Source of the DNA: Actinomycetes bacterium
GTDB lineage: Bacteria > Actinomycetota > Actinomycetes > S36-B12
Length of the DNA stretch: 64,000 nt
NCBI GenBank assembly: GCA_014190275.1
Contig: BJGE01000001.1
Location: 12,289-76,288, forward strand
Direction of reading: 5' to 3'
Shown: positions 1 to 9,523 of the stretch, piece by piece
Position numbering within the stretch: the first letter of the stretch is position 1
Layout of the letters: each line of letters opens with the position of its first letter
Program-made: the position numbers and the translations under genes
Notes under the pieces: generated by a model
What the model was told of the DNA's origin: nothing
Database searches by the model: none
What the model saw: the letters and a program-made list of their open reading frames with translations, nothing else

Positions 1-1
1 C

Positions 2-370
2 GGTGGGTGCCAAGAGCGCCAACCCACCGCCCATGCAAAATCCCAGCACCGCGATCTTGGTACTCGTCACCTCTGGCCGGCCCACTAGATAGGTGGCCGC
101 ACCGGCGAGATCAGCCGCTGCGCCCGACACCTGCAAACCCATCATTAACTTCTGGGCTTCGTCCGGCTCGGTGGTCTCGACGCCGCGGTAGTGATCCACC
201 GCTAGTGCCACAAAACCAGCCGCCGCCAGCCGTTGCACCAACCCTTGGATATGAGGTACCAACCCCCACCACTCTTGGATGACTAGGACCCCAAGGCCCG
301 ACCCCGAAGCGGGTAGGGCGATAACGCCGTCAACCTGCTCACCTTTGATCTCGACTTTGATATTGCGCAC
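2..370 (-). CDS. dienelactone hydrolase family protein, N-terminal part (3' end lies beyond window start)
   Basis: Absent from the supplied ORF track because it is open at the window edge. Own translation of the minus strand from GTG (368-370, in-frame TAA just upstream) gives VRNIKVEIKGEQVDGVIALPASGSGLGVLVIQEWWGLVPHIQGLVQRLAAAGFVALAVDHYRG...TKIAVLGFCMGGGLAL. The GFCxGG nucleophile-Cys motif is typical of DLH-fold hydrolases. Confidence 0.7.
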   Translation of the reverse strand, partial: MRNIKVEIKGEQVDGVIALPASGSGLGVLVIQEWWGLVPHIQGLVQRLAAAGFVALAVDHYRGVETTEPDEAQKLMMGLQVSGAAADLAGAATYLVGRPEVTSTKIAVLGFCMGGGLALLAPT

Positions 371-404
371 ACTGCATTATTGCTCATCCGCCGCGCTGAC
401 GCGA

Positions 405-478
405 TGCTGACCGGTTGCTGACCGGTTGCTGACCGGTTGCTGACCGGTTGCTGACCGGTTGCTGACCGGTTGCTGACA
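405..478. repeat. perfect tandem repeat, 11-bp unit TGCTGACCGGT x6 plus 8-bp partial copy
   Basis: Read directly. Copies start at 405, 416, 427, 438, 449 and 460, with a partial copy at 471-478. Intergenic, between the LacI stop (494) and the hydrolase start (370). Confidence 0.97.
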
Positions 479-493
479 GGCCCGCGCCCGAAG

Positions 494-1504
494 TCAATTG
501 GGCGGTGGCGCCGAAGAACCGCGGACAATTAGGTGGGTGGGCGCCTGCACCTGGGCCGGAGCCGGCCGGTCGGTACTTCGGATTTGGCTCAGTAGTGACT
601 TTGCCGCAATGCGTCCTAGGTCTTGTACCGGTTGCGCAACCGTTGTTAAGTCGAGCAGTTCGGACATATCATGGCCATCAATCCCGGCAATTGAGATCTC
701 GCGGCCCGGCTGCAATCCGTGGCTGCGTACGGCTCGCATCGCCCCGAATGCCATTTCATCAGACATCGCGAACACCGCCGTCGGTCGGTCGCGCTGGGTC
801 AATAGCTCAGTCATCGCCTTCTCTCCACCCGCAATGGTGAAGTAACCACGTACCTGGAGTGTTGGGTCGACCGCCAGATCAGCCTGCTGCATTGCTTCCA
901 TGAATCCACGAAAGCGCGCATGCGGTGCGGTAAAGAGTGCACCGGGAGGTGCACCGGTGATCACCGCGATGCGCCGGTGCCCAAGCTTGATTAAATGCGT
1001 AGTGGCGGCTTTGGCCGCGGCTACGTCATCGATGCTGACACTTGAAACACCATCAATTGCGACGCCAATGAGGCTAGTTGGCAGCCCCAGGGATAGCACG
1101 CTTTGCAGCTGCGCGTCTTCCGGTGCCAGGGCTATGGTGATGACGCCGTCGACTCGACGGTTCAAGCGCGGTGCTACCGGATCATCAGGTGTGCCGGTGG
1201 CCTCGTCGCCAACACTGAGTAGTAGTAAATCCATTGTGGATTGCTGTAGCACGGTTTCGATACCAGAAAGTACCGTCGAGAAATACCACCCTGCCACCCG
1301 CGGCGTGATGACCCCAATGCTGCCGGTGCGACCACTTGCCAATCGCGAGGCACTCGGTGAGATGACGTAGTCCATCGACAGGGCCACCCGCTTGACCTTG
1401 TCCCGGGTGGCTTCATCAACATTTGGCAGGCCGCGGAGGGCGCGTGAAACCGTGGCGGTCGAAACCCCAGCCGCCTGGGCCACATCCCGAATGGTGATTG
1501 TCAT
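494..1504 (-). CDS. LacI/GalR family transcriptional regulator
   Basis: N-terminal HTH MTITIRDVAQAAGVSTATVSRALRG followed by a periplasmic-binding-protein-like sugar-binding fold. ATG at 1504 preferred over the upstream GTG at 1516. Confidence 0.9.
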   Translation of the reverse strand: MTITIRDVAQAAGVSTATVSRALRGLPNVDEATRDKVKRVALSMDYVISPSASRLASGRTGSIGVITPRVAGWYFSTVLSGIETVLQQSTMDLLLLSVGDEATGTPDDPVAPRLNRRVDGVITIALAPEDAQLQSVLSLGLPTSLIGVAIDGVSSVSIDDVAAAKAATTHLIKLGHRRIAVITGAPPGALFTAPHARFRGFMEAMQQADLAVDPTLQVRGYFTIAGGEKAMTELLTQRDRPTAVFAMSDEMAFGAMRAVRSHGLQPGREISIAGIDGHDMSELLDLTTVAQPVQDLGRIAAKSLLSQIRSTDRPAPAQVQAPTHLIVRGSSAPPPN

Positions 1505-1557
1505 AAAACCCCTCACGGCAGCAGTCTAAACTCCGCCAGAGTCAAGAAGGCAACCGC

Positions 1558-2511
1558 TTACATTGAATCGGTTACTTTGGTTCCGCCTTTGGGGCTGGTC
1601 AACTTGTAGATGATGCCGTCGAGAATATCTGTCTCGGACACGATCACCTCGGCGATCCCGGTTGCTCGGACGATGGCTCGCAGCACCATCGCCCCTGCGC
1701 CGATTACATCGACCCGACCCGGATGCATAAATGGCAAAGCGGCGCGGTCGGCCTTCGTCATCACAAGTAACCGTGCAGTTACAGTCTCCACCTGCTCCGC
1801 GGTGATGGTTGACCCATGCAGCAAAGCCGGGTCGTATGCGGGTAGATCGAAAGCCATCGCCGCCACGGTAGTAACCGACCCGGCCAGCCCGACCACACTG
1901 GCAGCCTGCTCCAACGGCACGACCGCCCGAACCTCAGCAAGTGCTTTCGAAAGATCCGACTCAACAGCTGCTAGTTGCTGAGGTGTTGCTGGGTCAGTTA
2001 TTAGATGCCGTTCGGCGAAACGCACACAGCCAATGTTTACGCTTATACGATAGCCGGGTTCAGTGGTACCCAGAACGAATTCGGTCGAGCCGCCACCGAT
2101 GTCGACAACAAGTGCTGGCAGTTGCACCAAGCCGGTGGGCAGGCCGCGGACCGCGCCGGTGAATGAAAGCACTGCCTCTTCATCACCGGAAATAACGTCC
2201 GGAATAACGCCTAAGCGAGCCCGCACACCAGCGACAAACTCATCGCGATTTCGCGCATCACGGGTTGCCGACGTCGCAACGAACCTCACCCCGTCCACAC
2301 CCGCCGCTGCGATTAGTGCGGCGTACTCATCGCAAGAAGCGAAGGTACGCGCGAGGGCCCCCGCCGAGAATTCACCGGTGCGATCAACTCCCTCACCTAA
2401 TCTTACGATCTGCATCATGCGCAACTGCTCATGCAATTTCCCGGTTTCATCAACTTCGGCTATCAAAAGCCGGATTGAATTAGTTCCGCAATCAATAGCG
2501 GCGTAGCTCAT
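1558..2511 (-). CDS. Ppx/GppA family exopolyphosphatase/phosphatase
   Basis: MSYAAIDCGTNSIRLL ASKHA-fold N-terminus. The ATG at 2511 overlaps the upstream stop as ATGA. Confidence 0.9.
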   Translation of the reverse strand: MSYAAIDCGTNSIRLLIAEVDETGKLHEQLRMMQIVRLGEGVDRTGEFSAGALARTFASCDEYAALIAAAGVDGVRFVATSATRDARNRDEFVAGVRARLGVIPDVISGDEEAVLSFTGAVRGLPTGLVQLPALVVDIGGGSTEFVLGTTEPGYRISVNIGCVRFAERHLITDPATPQQLAAVESDLSKALAEVRAVVPLEQAASVVGLAGSVTTVAAMAFDLPAYDPALLHGSTITAEQVETVTARLLVMTKADRAALPFMHPGRVDVIGAGAMVLRAIVRATGIAEVIVSETDILDGIIYKLTSPKGGTKVTDSM

Positions 2512-3017
2512 GCGTGATCCCCGCACGGATTCCGCGTCCACCAAGGCGCTAGGGCCGCCAACACCTCGTCACCGAGTGGGTTTACCCCGAGCCCAACTGC
2601 AAGCGAGTGCGCCGCGAGCACGTGCAGGCACTTAACCCGATCTGGCATTCCGCCGGCGCTGATGGCAGCCAACTCAGCCACCTGAGCAATTGCCCTACGG
2701 TCGGCCAGATACTGCTCGTGCGCGGTTGAGTACTTGGCAGCTAACTCGATGTCAGCTGCCAGCCGCTGCTCCATCTCGCGCATTAAGCCACTCGCCTCCA
2801 AGGTGCCGATGGCACCGGCCAAGCGCGGGCAGGTGGCGTAGTACAGGGTTGGAAATGGCGTGCCATCAGCAAGGCGCGGAGTGGTGCGCACCACATCCGG
2901 TGCACCGCACGGGCAACGATGCGCTATCTGCATTTCACCGCGCGGTGCCCGACCCAATTGCTCTTCAACGAGTTCAATATCTCGCGTGGAAGCCGGCTCC
3001 ATCACCCGGACTTTCAT
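2508..3017 (-). CDS. DUF501 domain protein
   Basis: 169-aa Cys-containing protein (HRCPCGAP...YYATCP) directly upstream of ppx, as in other actinobacteria. 4-nt overlaps on both sides. Confidence 0.7.
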   Translation of the reverse strand: MKVRVMEPASTRDIELVEEQLGRAPRGEMQIAHRCPCGAPDVVRTTPRLADGTPFPTLYYATCPRLAGAIGTLEASGLMREMEQRLAADIELAAKYSTAHEQYLADRRAIAQVAELAAISAGGMPDRVKCLHVLAAHSLAVGLGVNPLGDEVLAALAPWWTRNPCGDHA

Positions 3018-3754
3018 CTAAAGAACCTAGTCAGCCCGGCTAGTAACCAGTTTGCGTAATCTCGCTGACCCGCGGTCGTGGTCATCAGCGCTGCATCTTG
3101 GGAGTTGCGCATATTTCCCACCTCTACAATGACCGTGGGTACATCACTGAAATTCAAGGTCGACTGTTCTCGACTGACCATGAGCTGCCCGGCAATATAG
3201 GTCGATGGCGGCGCGCCTGCTGCCTTCATACCGGAGATCATGTCAGCCGCCAGCCTCTGGTCAACCGCGATTACATCGTCGGTCCAGCCCTTGATTTTTA
3301 CCGGCTGAATCACAAAGAACCCGCGGCCGCTCGACGGACCGCCATCGGCATGAATGCTGACCATGGCATCGGCTTTCACCGCGTTGCCGATGCCAGCGCG
3401 GTCCCAAACGCACGGACCCCACTTTGATCGCGAGTTGGAATCGCGCGTTAACACCACGGTTGCGCCCTGCGCCTCCAGCAGGCGCCGCAACTGTTTTGCG
3501 ATCCTCCAATTCAGTGTGGCCTCCGGGAAACCGGAGTTCGTGGCAGTACCGGTTGTGTTACATGACTTAACGATGGCCCCATTGAACTTGGTGGCACTCA
3601 TCTCATCCGCGAACTTGGGGTTGCCGTTACCCAATTGATGTCCCGGGTCAATGACGATGGTCTTGCCAGACAATGGCTGATCAAAGGCCGGTGCGGTGCT
3701 TGACCCAAAAAGCACCAACCCCATGGCGACCAAAGTAACCAAGATGCCTCTCAC
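3014..3754 (-). CDS. secreted N-acetylmuramoyl-L-alanine amidase (Amidase_3)
   Basis: Signal peptide, then VIDPGHQ...SIHADGG...EVGNM motifs of zinc amidase family 3. Confidence 0.85.
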   Translation of the reverse strand: MRGILVTLVAMGLVLFGSSTAPAFDQPLSGKTIVIDPGHQLGNGNPKFADEMSATKFNGAIVKSCNTTGTATNSGFPEATLNWRIAKQLRRLLEAQGATVVLTRDSNSRSKWGPCVWDRAGIGNAVKADAMVSIHADGGPSSGRGFFVIQPVKIKGWTDDVIAVDQRLAADMISGMKAAGAPPSTYIAGQLMVSREQSTLNFSDVPTVIVEVGNMRNSQDAALMTTTAGQRDYANWLLAGLTRFFR

Positions 3755-4242
3755 AAGAGCAGGAGCATCCGTTGGTTGCCTAAGGTGTTCGGCTTAACCC
3801 GCTCGAGGTCGAGAAACTCCGCAACGCCCTCGTCATATGACTGTAGTAACTGCTCGAATACCGCGTGCTCAACAGGTGCACCTTCAATCTCCGTAAACCC
3901 GTGGCGCCCGAAAAACTCAGTTTCGAACGTTAGGCAAAAAACTCGTTTGATTCCAAGGCTGCGCGCACGATCCAATTGTGCGGTCAAGATCTTCGAGCCA
4001 ACACCGCTGCGACGAAAGTCCGGATGCACCGCAAGGGTGCGGACCTCAGCAAGGTCTTCCCACATCACATGCAAGGCACCGCAGCCAACTACTTCATCAC
4101 CGCTGACGGCGACGAGAAACTCCTGGACATCTTCATACAAGGTGACAGTTGCCTTGGACAGGAGCCGGCCATTTGGCGCGTAGGCGTCAACCATGCCACG
4201 GATGGCCCGGACGTCGCCGGTTGTCGCGGGGCGAATTTGCAC
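3751..4242 (-). CDS. GNAT family N-acetyltransferase (ArgA-like amino-acid acetyltransferase)
   Basis: FRRSGVGSKIL acetyl-CoA loop. GTG at 4242 chosen because the longer ORF would overlap the lysS 3' end by 41 nt. Confidence 0.8.
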   Translation of the reverse strand: MQIRPATTGDVRAIRGMVDAYAPNGRLLSKATVTLYEDVQEFLVAVSGDEVVGCGALHVMWEDLAEVRTLAVHPDFRRSGVGSKILTAQLDRARSLGIKRVFCLTFETEFFGRHGFTEIEGAPVEHAVFEQLLQSYDEGVAEFLDLERVKPNTLGNQRMLLLL

Positions 4243-4252
4243 GCTGACTCCC

Positions 4253-5779
4253 TTAACGTTCTGGCTTAACGAGAGGGAATAAAATGGTCTCACGAATACC
4301 CAAACCGGTTAACGTCATGAGCAGCCGGTCGATACCGAGGCCAACCCCGCCGGTTGGCGGCATCCCGTGCTCAAGGGCCCGCAAGAAGTCCTCATCGACC
4401 TGCATTGCCTCGGCGTCACCTCGGGCACCCAGCGCTGCCTGCTCCGTGAGGCGCTGCCGTTGTATCACCGGGTCAACGAGTTCTGAGTACCCGGTGGCCT
4501 GCTCGTAGCCATTGATGTACAGATCCCACTTTTCAACCTTGCCGATATCGGTGCGGTGCTCGCGCACCAACGGCGAGGTGTCAACCGGGTAATCCATCAC
4601 AAAGGTTGGCCGGCCACCAAAACCCTCGATGACATAGTGCTCGAATAACTCTTCGACAAGCTTGCCCGACACCGCGGTCGGTTCAACCGAAATACCGGCG
4701 GTGGCACACCAGCTCTGCAGTTGTTCACGCGGAGTCGAAGTGGTGACCTCGGTACCTAGGGCAGTAGATACTGCGTCATATAGGCGGACTTCAGGCCAGA
4801 CTCCAGACAGGTCGTGCACCGAACCATCAAGGTGCGATACCTGCTCACTGCCGAACGCCGCGCGGGCGGCGGCTTGTATGAGCTCACGGGTGATTGTTGC
4901 CATCACCCGGTAGTCGGCATATGCCTCGTAGAACTCGAGCATTGCAAACTCCGGCGAATGGGTGGAGTCGGCACCTTCATTCCGAAAGTTTCGATTGATC
5001 TCATAAACCCGCTCGAGCCCACCAACCACCGCGCGCTTCAAAAATAACTCCGGAGCGATGCGTAAAAAGAGTTGCAGATCCAAGGCGTTGGAGGTCGTGA
5101 CGAATGGCCGAGCCGAGGCTCCCCCGTGCAGCGTCTGCAGCATTGGGGTTTCAATCTCCAGATACCCGCGGGCATCGAGTGACTGCCGAATGGATGCAAC
5201 CGTCGCCACCCGCGTTCGGGCGATCTGCCGCGCCTCCGGGCGCACGATCAGGTCGACATAGCGCTGCCGCACCCTGGACTCCTCGTTGAGCGGCTTATGG
5301 GCAACGGGCAACGGGCGGAGCGCCTTAGCCGCCATCAGCCAAGAATCGGCCAGCACGGATAACTCACCACGTTTTGAAGTGATCACCTCACCGTGGATGA
5401 AGACATGGTCACCGATATCAACTAGGTCTTTCCAAAGATCCAACAGGGGTGCCCCGACCCCGGCCAGTGAGACCATGGCCTGGATTTCAGTGCCCTCGCC
5501 GGACCGCAGGGTTGCGAAGCAAAGCTTGCCGGTATTGCGCTGGAAAATTACCCGCCCGGCGATACCCACTACCTCGCCGCTTTGGTGGTCAATTGGCAGG
5601 TCCAGGTGGGCCGCCCGGACGGCTGCAATCGTCGTGGTAATCGGCACCTGCACCGGATAGGCGTCCAGGCCGGCCTCGGCGAGCCGATCGCGCTTATCGC
5701 GCCTAATCCGCATTTGCTCGGGCAGATCGACCTCGGGGGCCAGATCTTGATCCGTGTTTTCGGCGGCCATAGGGCCCAA
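4253..5779 (-). CDS. lysS: lysine--tRNA ligase (class II)
   Basis: Full-length class II LysRS pattern: OB-fold N-domain, [15 protein letters not shown]. The start could be the ATG 9 nt downstream. Confidence 0.97.
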   Translation of the reverse strand: MGPMAAENTDQDLAPEVDLPEQMRIRRDKRDRLAEAGLDAYPVQVPITTTIAAVRAAHLDLPIDHQSGEVVGIAGRVIFQRNTGKLCFATLRSGEGTEIQAMVSLAGVGAPLLDLWKDLVDIGDHVFIHGEVITSKRGELSVLADSWLMAAKALRPLPVAHKPLNEESRVRQRYVDLIVRPEARQIARTRVATVASIRQSLDARGYLEIETPMLQTLHGGASARPFVTTSNALDLQLFLRIAPELFLKRAVVGGLERVYEINRNFRNEGADSTHSPEFAMLEFYEAYADYRVMATITRELIQAAARAAFGSEQVSHLDGSVHDLSGVWPEVRLYDAVSTALGTEVTTSTPREQLQSWCATAGISVEPTAVSGKLVEELFEHYVIEGFGGRPTFVMDYPVDTSPLVREHRTDIGKVEKWDLYINGYEQATGYSELVDPVIQRQRLTEQAALGARGDAEAMQVDEDFLRALEHGMPPTGGVGLGIDRLLMTLTGLGIRETILFPLVKPER

Positions 5780-5798
5780 GGCTATCGGGCGGGCCGGC

Positions 5799-5981
5799 TC
5801 ACAGCGCGAAGCGCCGAGCCAATGCCATCCCCCTGTCGACTCGGAGCTTCAATTGGGCGCCCGTGGTTATGGTCTCGGCTTCGGCGGGCGGCACGAAGAT
5901 CGCGTCTGCCTCAGTGGTCTTGCTTAGGTGCACGAATCCCATGATGGTCAAGATGAACATCACCAATGACAACCCGAGCAT
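5799..5981 (-). CDS. possible small membrane protein (hypothetical)
   Basis: 60-aa ORF with one hydrophobic helix ([16 protein letters not shown]) just upstream of lysS. No recognisable family. Confidence 0.25.
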   Translation of the reverse strand: MLGLSLVMFILTIMGFVHLSKTTEADAIFVPPAEAETITTGAQLKLRVDRGMALARRFAL

Positions 5982-6016
5982 GCAGAACTGTGATCCTATT
6001 CCCCTATGGTTCGACC

Positions 6017-6694
6017 ATGGCGTTCGTCACGTACCCGCCCATCCGGGCGGTCATCTTCGATATTCATTCAACATTAATCGATCAAGGCTCAGCGATCAAC
6101 TGGTTGGACGCCGCACTCCGGTCAACGCCACACAATTTAACTATTCCAGAACGCGCCGAGTTAACGGAGTTCCTGGACCGCATTTGGGAGGGTGCCCGCA
6201 TCAGTGATCCGCAGAGCCTTCGTGACCTCTCATTCGCCGATCATGAGCGGATTTTTCACGAGTTGCTGCAAACCGGACCCGGGGTTGACCCAACACTTGC
6301 GACAGCACTTTATGAAGTCATGCTCGACGTCTGGCAGGCATATGACGACACGGTGCCAACCCTGCAGGCGTTAAAGGCCGCCGGGATCAAGATCTGCCTA
6401 CTTTCAAATGCTGGTGTGCCCATCCGAGATGTACTCGATCGTGATGGCCTCACGCCACTGGTTGATGCGGTGGTGCTTTCTTATGAAGTTGGCTACGTCA
6501 AGCCGGACCCACGTATCTTCGCCGCGGCCCTTGCCGCAATCTCCTGTGCTCCCGCTGAGGCCCTGATGGTTGGTGATAGCGGGCGCGACGACACCGGCGG
6601 CGTGGAACTCGGCCTTCGCACCTTGATCATGCCGCGCACCTGGGGGCCGGTGCACGGGTTGGCGGCGGTTACCAGGCTGATACTGCCGAACTAA
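6017..6694 (+). CDS. HAD superfamily hydrolase
   Basis: Motif I region VIFDIHSTLID (second Asp replaced by His), LLSNAG, and MVGDSGRDD motif IV. ATG at 6017 preferred. Confidence 0.8.
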   Translation: MAFVTYPPIRAVIFDIHSTLIDQGSAINWLDAALRSTPHNLTIPERAELTEFLDRIWEGARISDPQSLRDLSFADHERIFHELLQTGPGVDPTLATALYEVMLDVWQAYDDTVPTLQALKAAGIKICLLSNAGVPIRDVLDRDGLTPLVDAVVLSYEVGYVKPDPRIFAAALAAISCAPAEALMVGDSGRDDTGGVELGLRTLIMPRTWGPVHGLAAVTRLILPN

Positions 6695-6704
6695 CCGGAT
6701 GCGC

Positions 6705-8630
6705 TCAACTTAAACTCAAGGATGGTTCGGCTGAGGCCGGGACCAATACCGGGATCGACTTTGACGGCTCCGCCGATGGCGAAACAGCTGGGGTCGATGA
6801 CGGCGACGGGGAATCGGTCGCTGACGGCGACGGTGAATCGGTCGGAACTACATCCGGTAAAACCGCCGGCACCGGTGCTACCGGAGCTGACCCAGTAACC
6901 GACCCAATCGAACATGGAGCCGTGGTGCCATCACTGCGGGTATAGGTGCAGGTGGTGGGAGTTGAAGTTCCGCTCTCACCGAAAGCCACCCCCGCATCGC
7001 TGGTGGTCAGCGTCAGCTTTCCAGAGGCAACCACCAGGCAGCCCGGCTGCGCGCAACCTGCATCTTGGCCGACCCAGGTGACAGAGCTACTCCACGGCGA
7101 GAGCACTACGGTCATCGGGTACGGCACACTCGAACCGTTGACGGTGATGGTGGTGGTTCCGGCGCTGCGGGCAATATCGACTCCAACGGTGCCGGCCGGC
7201 GGAGGGGTTGGGCCCGGCGGTGTCGGCGGGCTGGTCGGACACGTGTTGCCACTTAGCCCCGCTTGAAAACTGCTGACGAATAGGTAACCGGGGTCGGCAT
7301 CGGGTGCCTGCGGGCCCACCTTCCACCAGCCCAGGCTGCTGACATTGCCGGCCTTGGCGATGGACGCACCGAGGGCGCAGGCGTTGGCGGTGGTGAAGTT
7401 TTCACCCGAGCCCTGTACCCCGAGGGCCGGTGTTACCCCGGCGGGGAGGTTGGGGAACTGGGCCTGCGTTGCCTGCAGGGAGGCGAACACCGTCGCGCCC
7501 ATGTCGGGTTGATCGGACCCGAACCACATCGCCATCGCGTTGAGACTCAGGTTTTTAACACCGGCGTTAACGAAGTCATTGACGACACTGACCGCTGCTT
7601 GAGGTAAACCATCAGGCAAGGTCCCGAGGGTCAGGCTGATCTGCAGATCAGGATGTGCAACCTGCAGTCCCGCCACCGCCGCTGCGCGTCGCTGGGAGTT
7701 TGCCTGGTTGTACACGATGCCACCTGAAGCTTCGATATCGAAGTCCAGGCGATCAAGGTTTAGGCCGCTGACAATTTGCTCGAATGCCGCCTGCAACTTC
7801 ACCACATCAGGGCAGTTTGCGCTCAGATCAGCCGGGCCACCTTCGGGCGCCGACTGCCCACCGATGGATGGGATCACCCGACCACCCACCGCTTGGAAAG
7901 CCGTGATAGCCGCGGCAACTGTGCCACCGGTGACGGGTTGATTAGCTCCGCCCCACTGTGGCACGCACGGGGCTGATTGGGTGATGAACCCGGCAGAGAA
8001 GTTCTTCAGGCCCGTCGCGCTGCCCATGCCAACGAAGTCAGGTACCGGCCAGCCACCCGCATCCACATAAGGCGCCACCAGCACGTTACTTGCCCAAGCA
8101 TTAGATGGTAGTGAACTGGCTCCGTCGATGAAGAGCGAGGCGGTATTGAATTTCATCGGCGCAGCAGCTTTTCGAGTGCCAACGGCCCCTTCAAGGGTTT
8201 CCGAAATTGCTTCATCCGCCAAGATGGTGACCGGGTAGGTGACGACACTGCCCGTCATCTTCGGGGTACCGAGTGTCATGACAACCGAGTCTTCAGCACC
8301 CGCTGGATTCAATTCAACTAGCACAGCATTGGGGGCATCACCTTGAAAGATCTCGTTCCACGAGTTGACGACGCCAGAGGTGTTAACCACCTTGGCGGCC
8401 CGGATCGGGCGATCCGTGAATGCCAATGTGTGCATATCTATACCGGTTAGTGCCAACGTGTAGCTGCCATCGGCGTTCTCACTGAGGGAGCCGCCCTGGG
8501 CGCCTTGCGTGAAAAGCCAAGACTCCGCCGCGGCATCTGAGGCGGGCCTGGCAATTGCCCACACCCCGGCTGCGGCAATCAGCACCGCGGCAATGACGAT
8601 TCCAGTGATCCAGCCCTCACGTTTTGTCAT
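6705..8630 (-). CDS. membrane-anchored glycoside hydrolase family 18 (chitinase-like) protein
   Basis: N-terminal TM helix, then an unknown ~140-aa domain, then a GH18 core with catalytic DxxDxDxE (LDRLDFDIE). This is followed by a Pro-rich linker, a 4-Cys beta-rich C-domain and a Ser/Pro tail. Paralog of 58045-59895. Confidence 0.7.
   Translation of the reverse strand: MTKREGWITGIVIAAVLIAAAGVWAIARPASDAAAESWLFTQGAQGGSLSENADGSYTLALTGIDMHTLAFTDRPIRAAKVVNTSGVVNSWNEIFQGDAPNAVLVELNPAGAEDSVVMTLGTPKMTGSVVTYPVTILADEAISETLEGAVGTRKAAAPMKFNTASLFIDGASSLPSNAWASNVLVAPYVDAGGWPVPDFVGMGSATGLKNFSAGFITQSAPCVPQWGGANQPVTGGTVAAAITAFQAVGGRVIPSIGGQSAPEGGPADLSANCPDVVKLQAAFEQIVSGLNLDRLDFDIEASGGIVYNQANSQRRAAAVAGLQVAHPDLQISLTLGTLPDGLPQAAVSVVNDFVNAGVKNLSLNAMAMWFGSDQPDMGATVFASLQATQAQFPNLPAGVTPALGVQGSGENFTTANACALGASIAKAGNVSSLGWWKVGPQAPDADPGYLFVSSFQAGLSGNTCPTSPPTPPGPTPPPAGTVGVDIARSAGTTTITVNGSSVPYPMTVVLSPWSSSVTWVGQDAGCAQPGCLVVASGKLTLTTSDAGVAFGESGTSTPTTCTYTRSDGTTAPCSIGSVTGSAPVAPVPAVLPDVVPTDSPSPSATDSPSPSSTPAVSPSAEPSKSIPVLVPASAEPSLSLS
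6798..6845. repeat. 2 x 24-bp near-identical in-frame tandem repeat inside GH18 tail
   Basis: tgacggcgacggggaatcggtcgc / tgacggcgacggtgaatcggtcgg, encoding TDSPSPSA/TDSPSPSS on the minus strand. Confidence 0.85.
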
Positions 8631-8767
8631 ACCGAGATGGTGCGATGCCGAGCCAGGAAATACAAGCCAACGCAGGCACTATCTGAAACATTTAGGCAAA
8701 AGGTGAGGATTACCCCACCAAACTGCCGACATGCCGAGTATCCGACAGGTGGCTGCCGGTGGCCCGA

Positions 8768-9523
8768 CTACTGATTTTTCTCGTAGACCAACCGTAGTCC
8801 GATCAATGTCAAATCCGGCTCGTGATGGGTTATCGTGCGCGACTCGGGCACCACGATGGGCGCCAGCCCACCTGTTGCAACAACGGCGGTCAACTCATCA
8901 AGTTCCTCGCGGATGCGGTCGACCAGGCCATCGACTTGACCCGCAAAACCGTAGAGCGCCCCTGACTGCAGCGCCTCGACCGTGTTCTTTCCAATTGGTG
9001 AGCGCGGGCGCACCAACTCAACCTTGCGCAATTGCGCTGCGCGCTGGGCGAGTGCGTCAAGGGAAATTTCAATACCGGGCGCAAGCGCCCCGCCTAAGAA
9101 CTCACCCTTCGCTGACACCACGTCAAGGTTGGTCGAGGTACCGAAGTCAACAACAATGCACGGTCCGCCGAACAGTTGATGCGCGGCTAGCGTGTTGACA
9201 ATGCGATCAGCGCCAACCTCTTTTGGGTTATCCGTCAAAATCGGTACTCCGGTCTTGATACCAGGCTCGATGATGATGGTTGGGACACCGATGTAATAGC
9301 GATCGAGCATCAGGCGCATCTCGCTCAGCACGGCGGGCACGGTGCTGCAGAGCGCAATTCCGGTCACTTTCTCCTGACCCGCGAGCAGGCCCCGATAGGT
9401 GAGCACTAGTTCATCGGCAGTGGTGCGACCATCGGTCTTGATCCGCCACGAGGCGGTCAGGTGATCACCATTAAACATCCCTAGAACAGTGTTGGTGTTA
9501 CCAACGTCAATCGCTAACAGCAC
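8768..9523 (-). CDS. coaX: type III pantothenate kinase
   Basis: [21 protein letters not shown]-terminus and overall CoaX pattern. Confidence 0.93.
   Translation of the reverse strand: MLLAIDVGNTNTVLGMFNGDHLTASWRIKTDGRTTADELVLTYRGLLAGQEKVTGIALCSTVPAVLSEMRLMLDRYYIGVPTIIIEPGIKTGVPILTDNPKEVGADRIVNTLAAHQLFGGPCIVVDFGTSTNLDVVSAKGEFLGGALAPGIEISLDALAQRAAQLRKVELVRPRSPIGKNTVEALQSGALYGFAGQVDGLVDRIREELDELTAVVATGGLAPIVVPESRTITHHEPDLTLIGLRLVYEKNQ

Noticed and set aside
7-282. Pro/Arg-rich 91-aa plus-strand ORF at the window start.
   Set aside because: The opposite strand encodes a convincing dienelactone-hydrolase N-terminus, and the composition is typical of antisense high-GC artefacts.
405-478. Whether the tandem array could be a CRISPR or a LacI-type operator.
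   Set aside because: There are no spacers between the repeats. Only a 6-bp palindrome (ACCGGT) is present, not the 14-20-bp CG-centred palindrome typical of LacI operators.
283-528. 81-aa minus-strand ORF with repeated PVSNRSATGQQ peptide.
   Set aside because: It is simply the 11-bp DNA repeat read through three frames (33-bp period). It overlaps both the LacI 3' end and the hydrolase start, so I treat it as non-coding.
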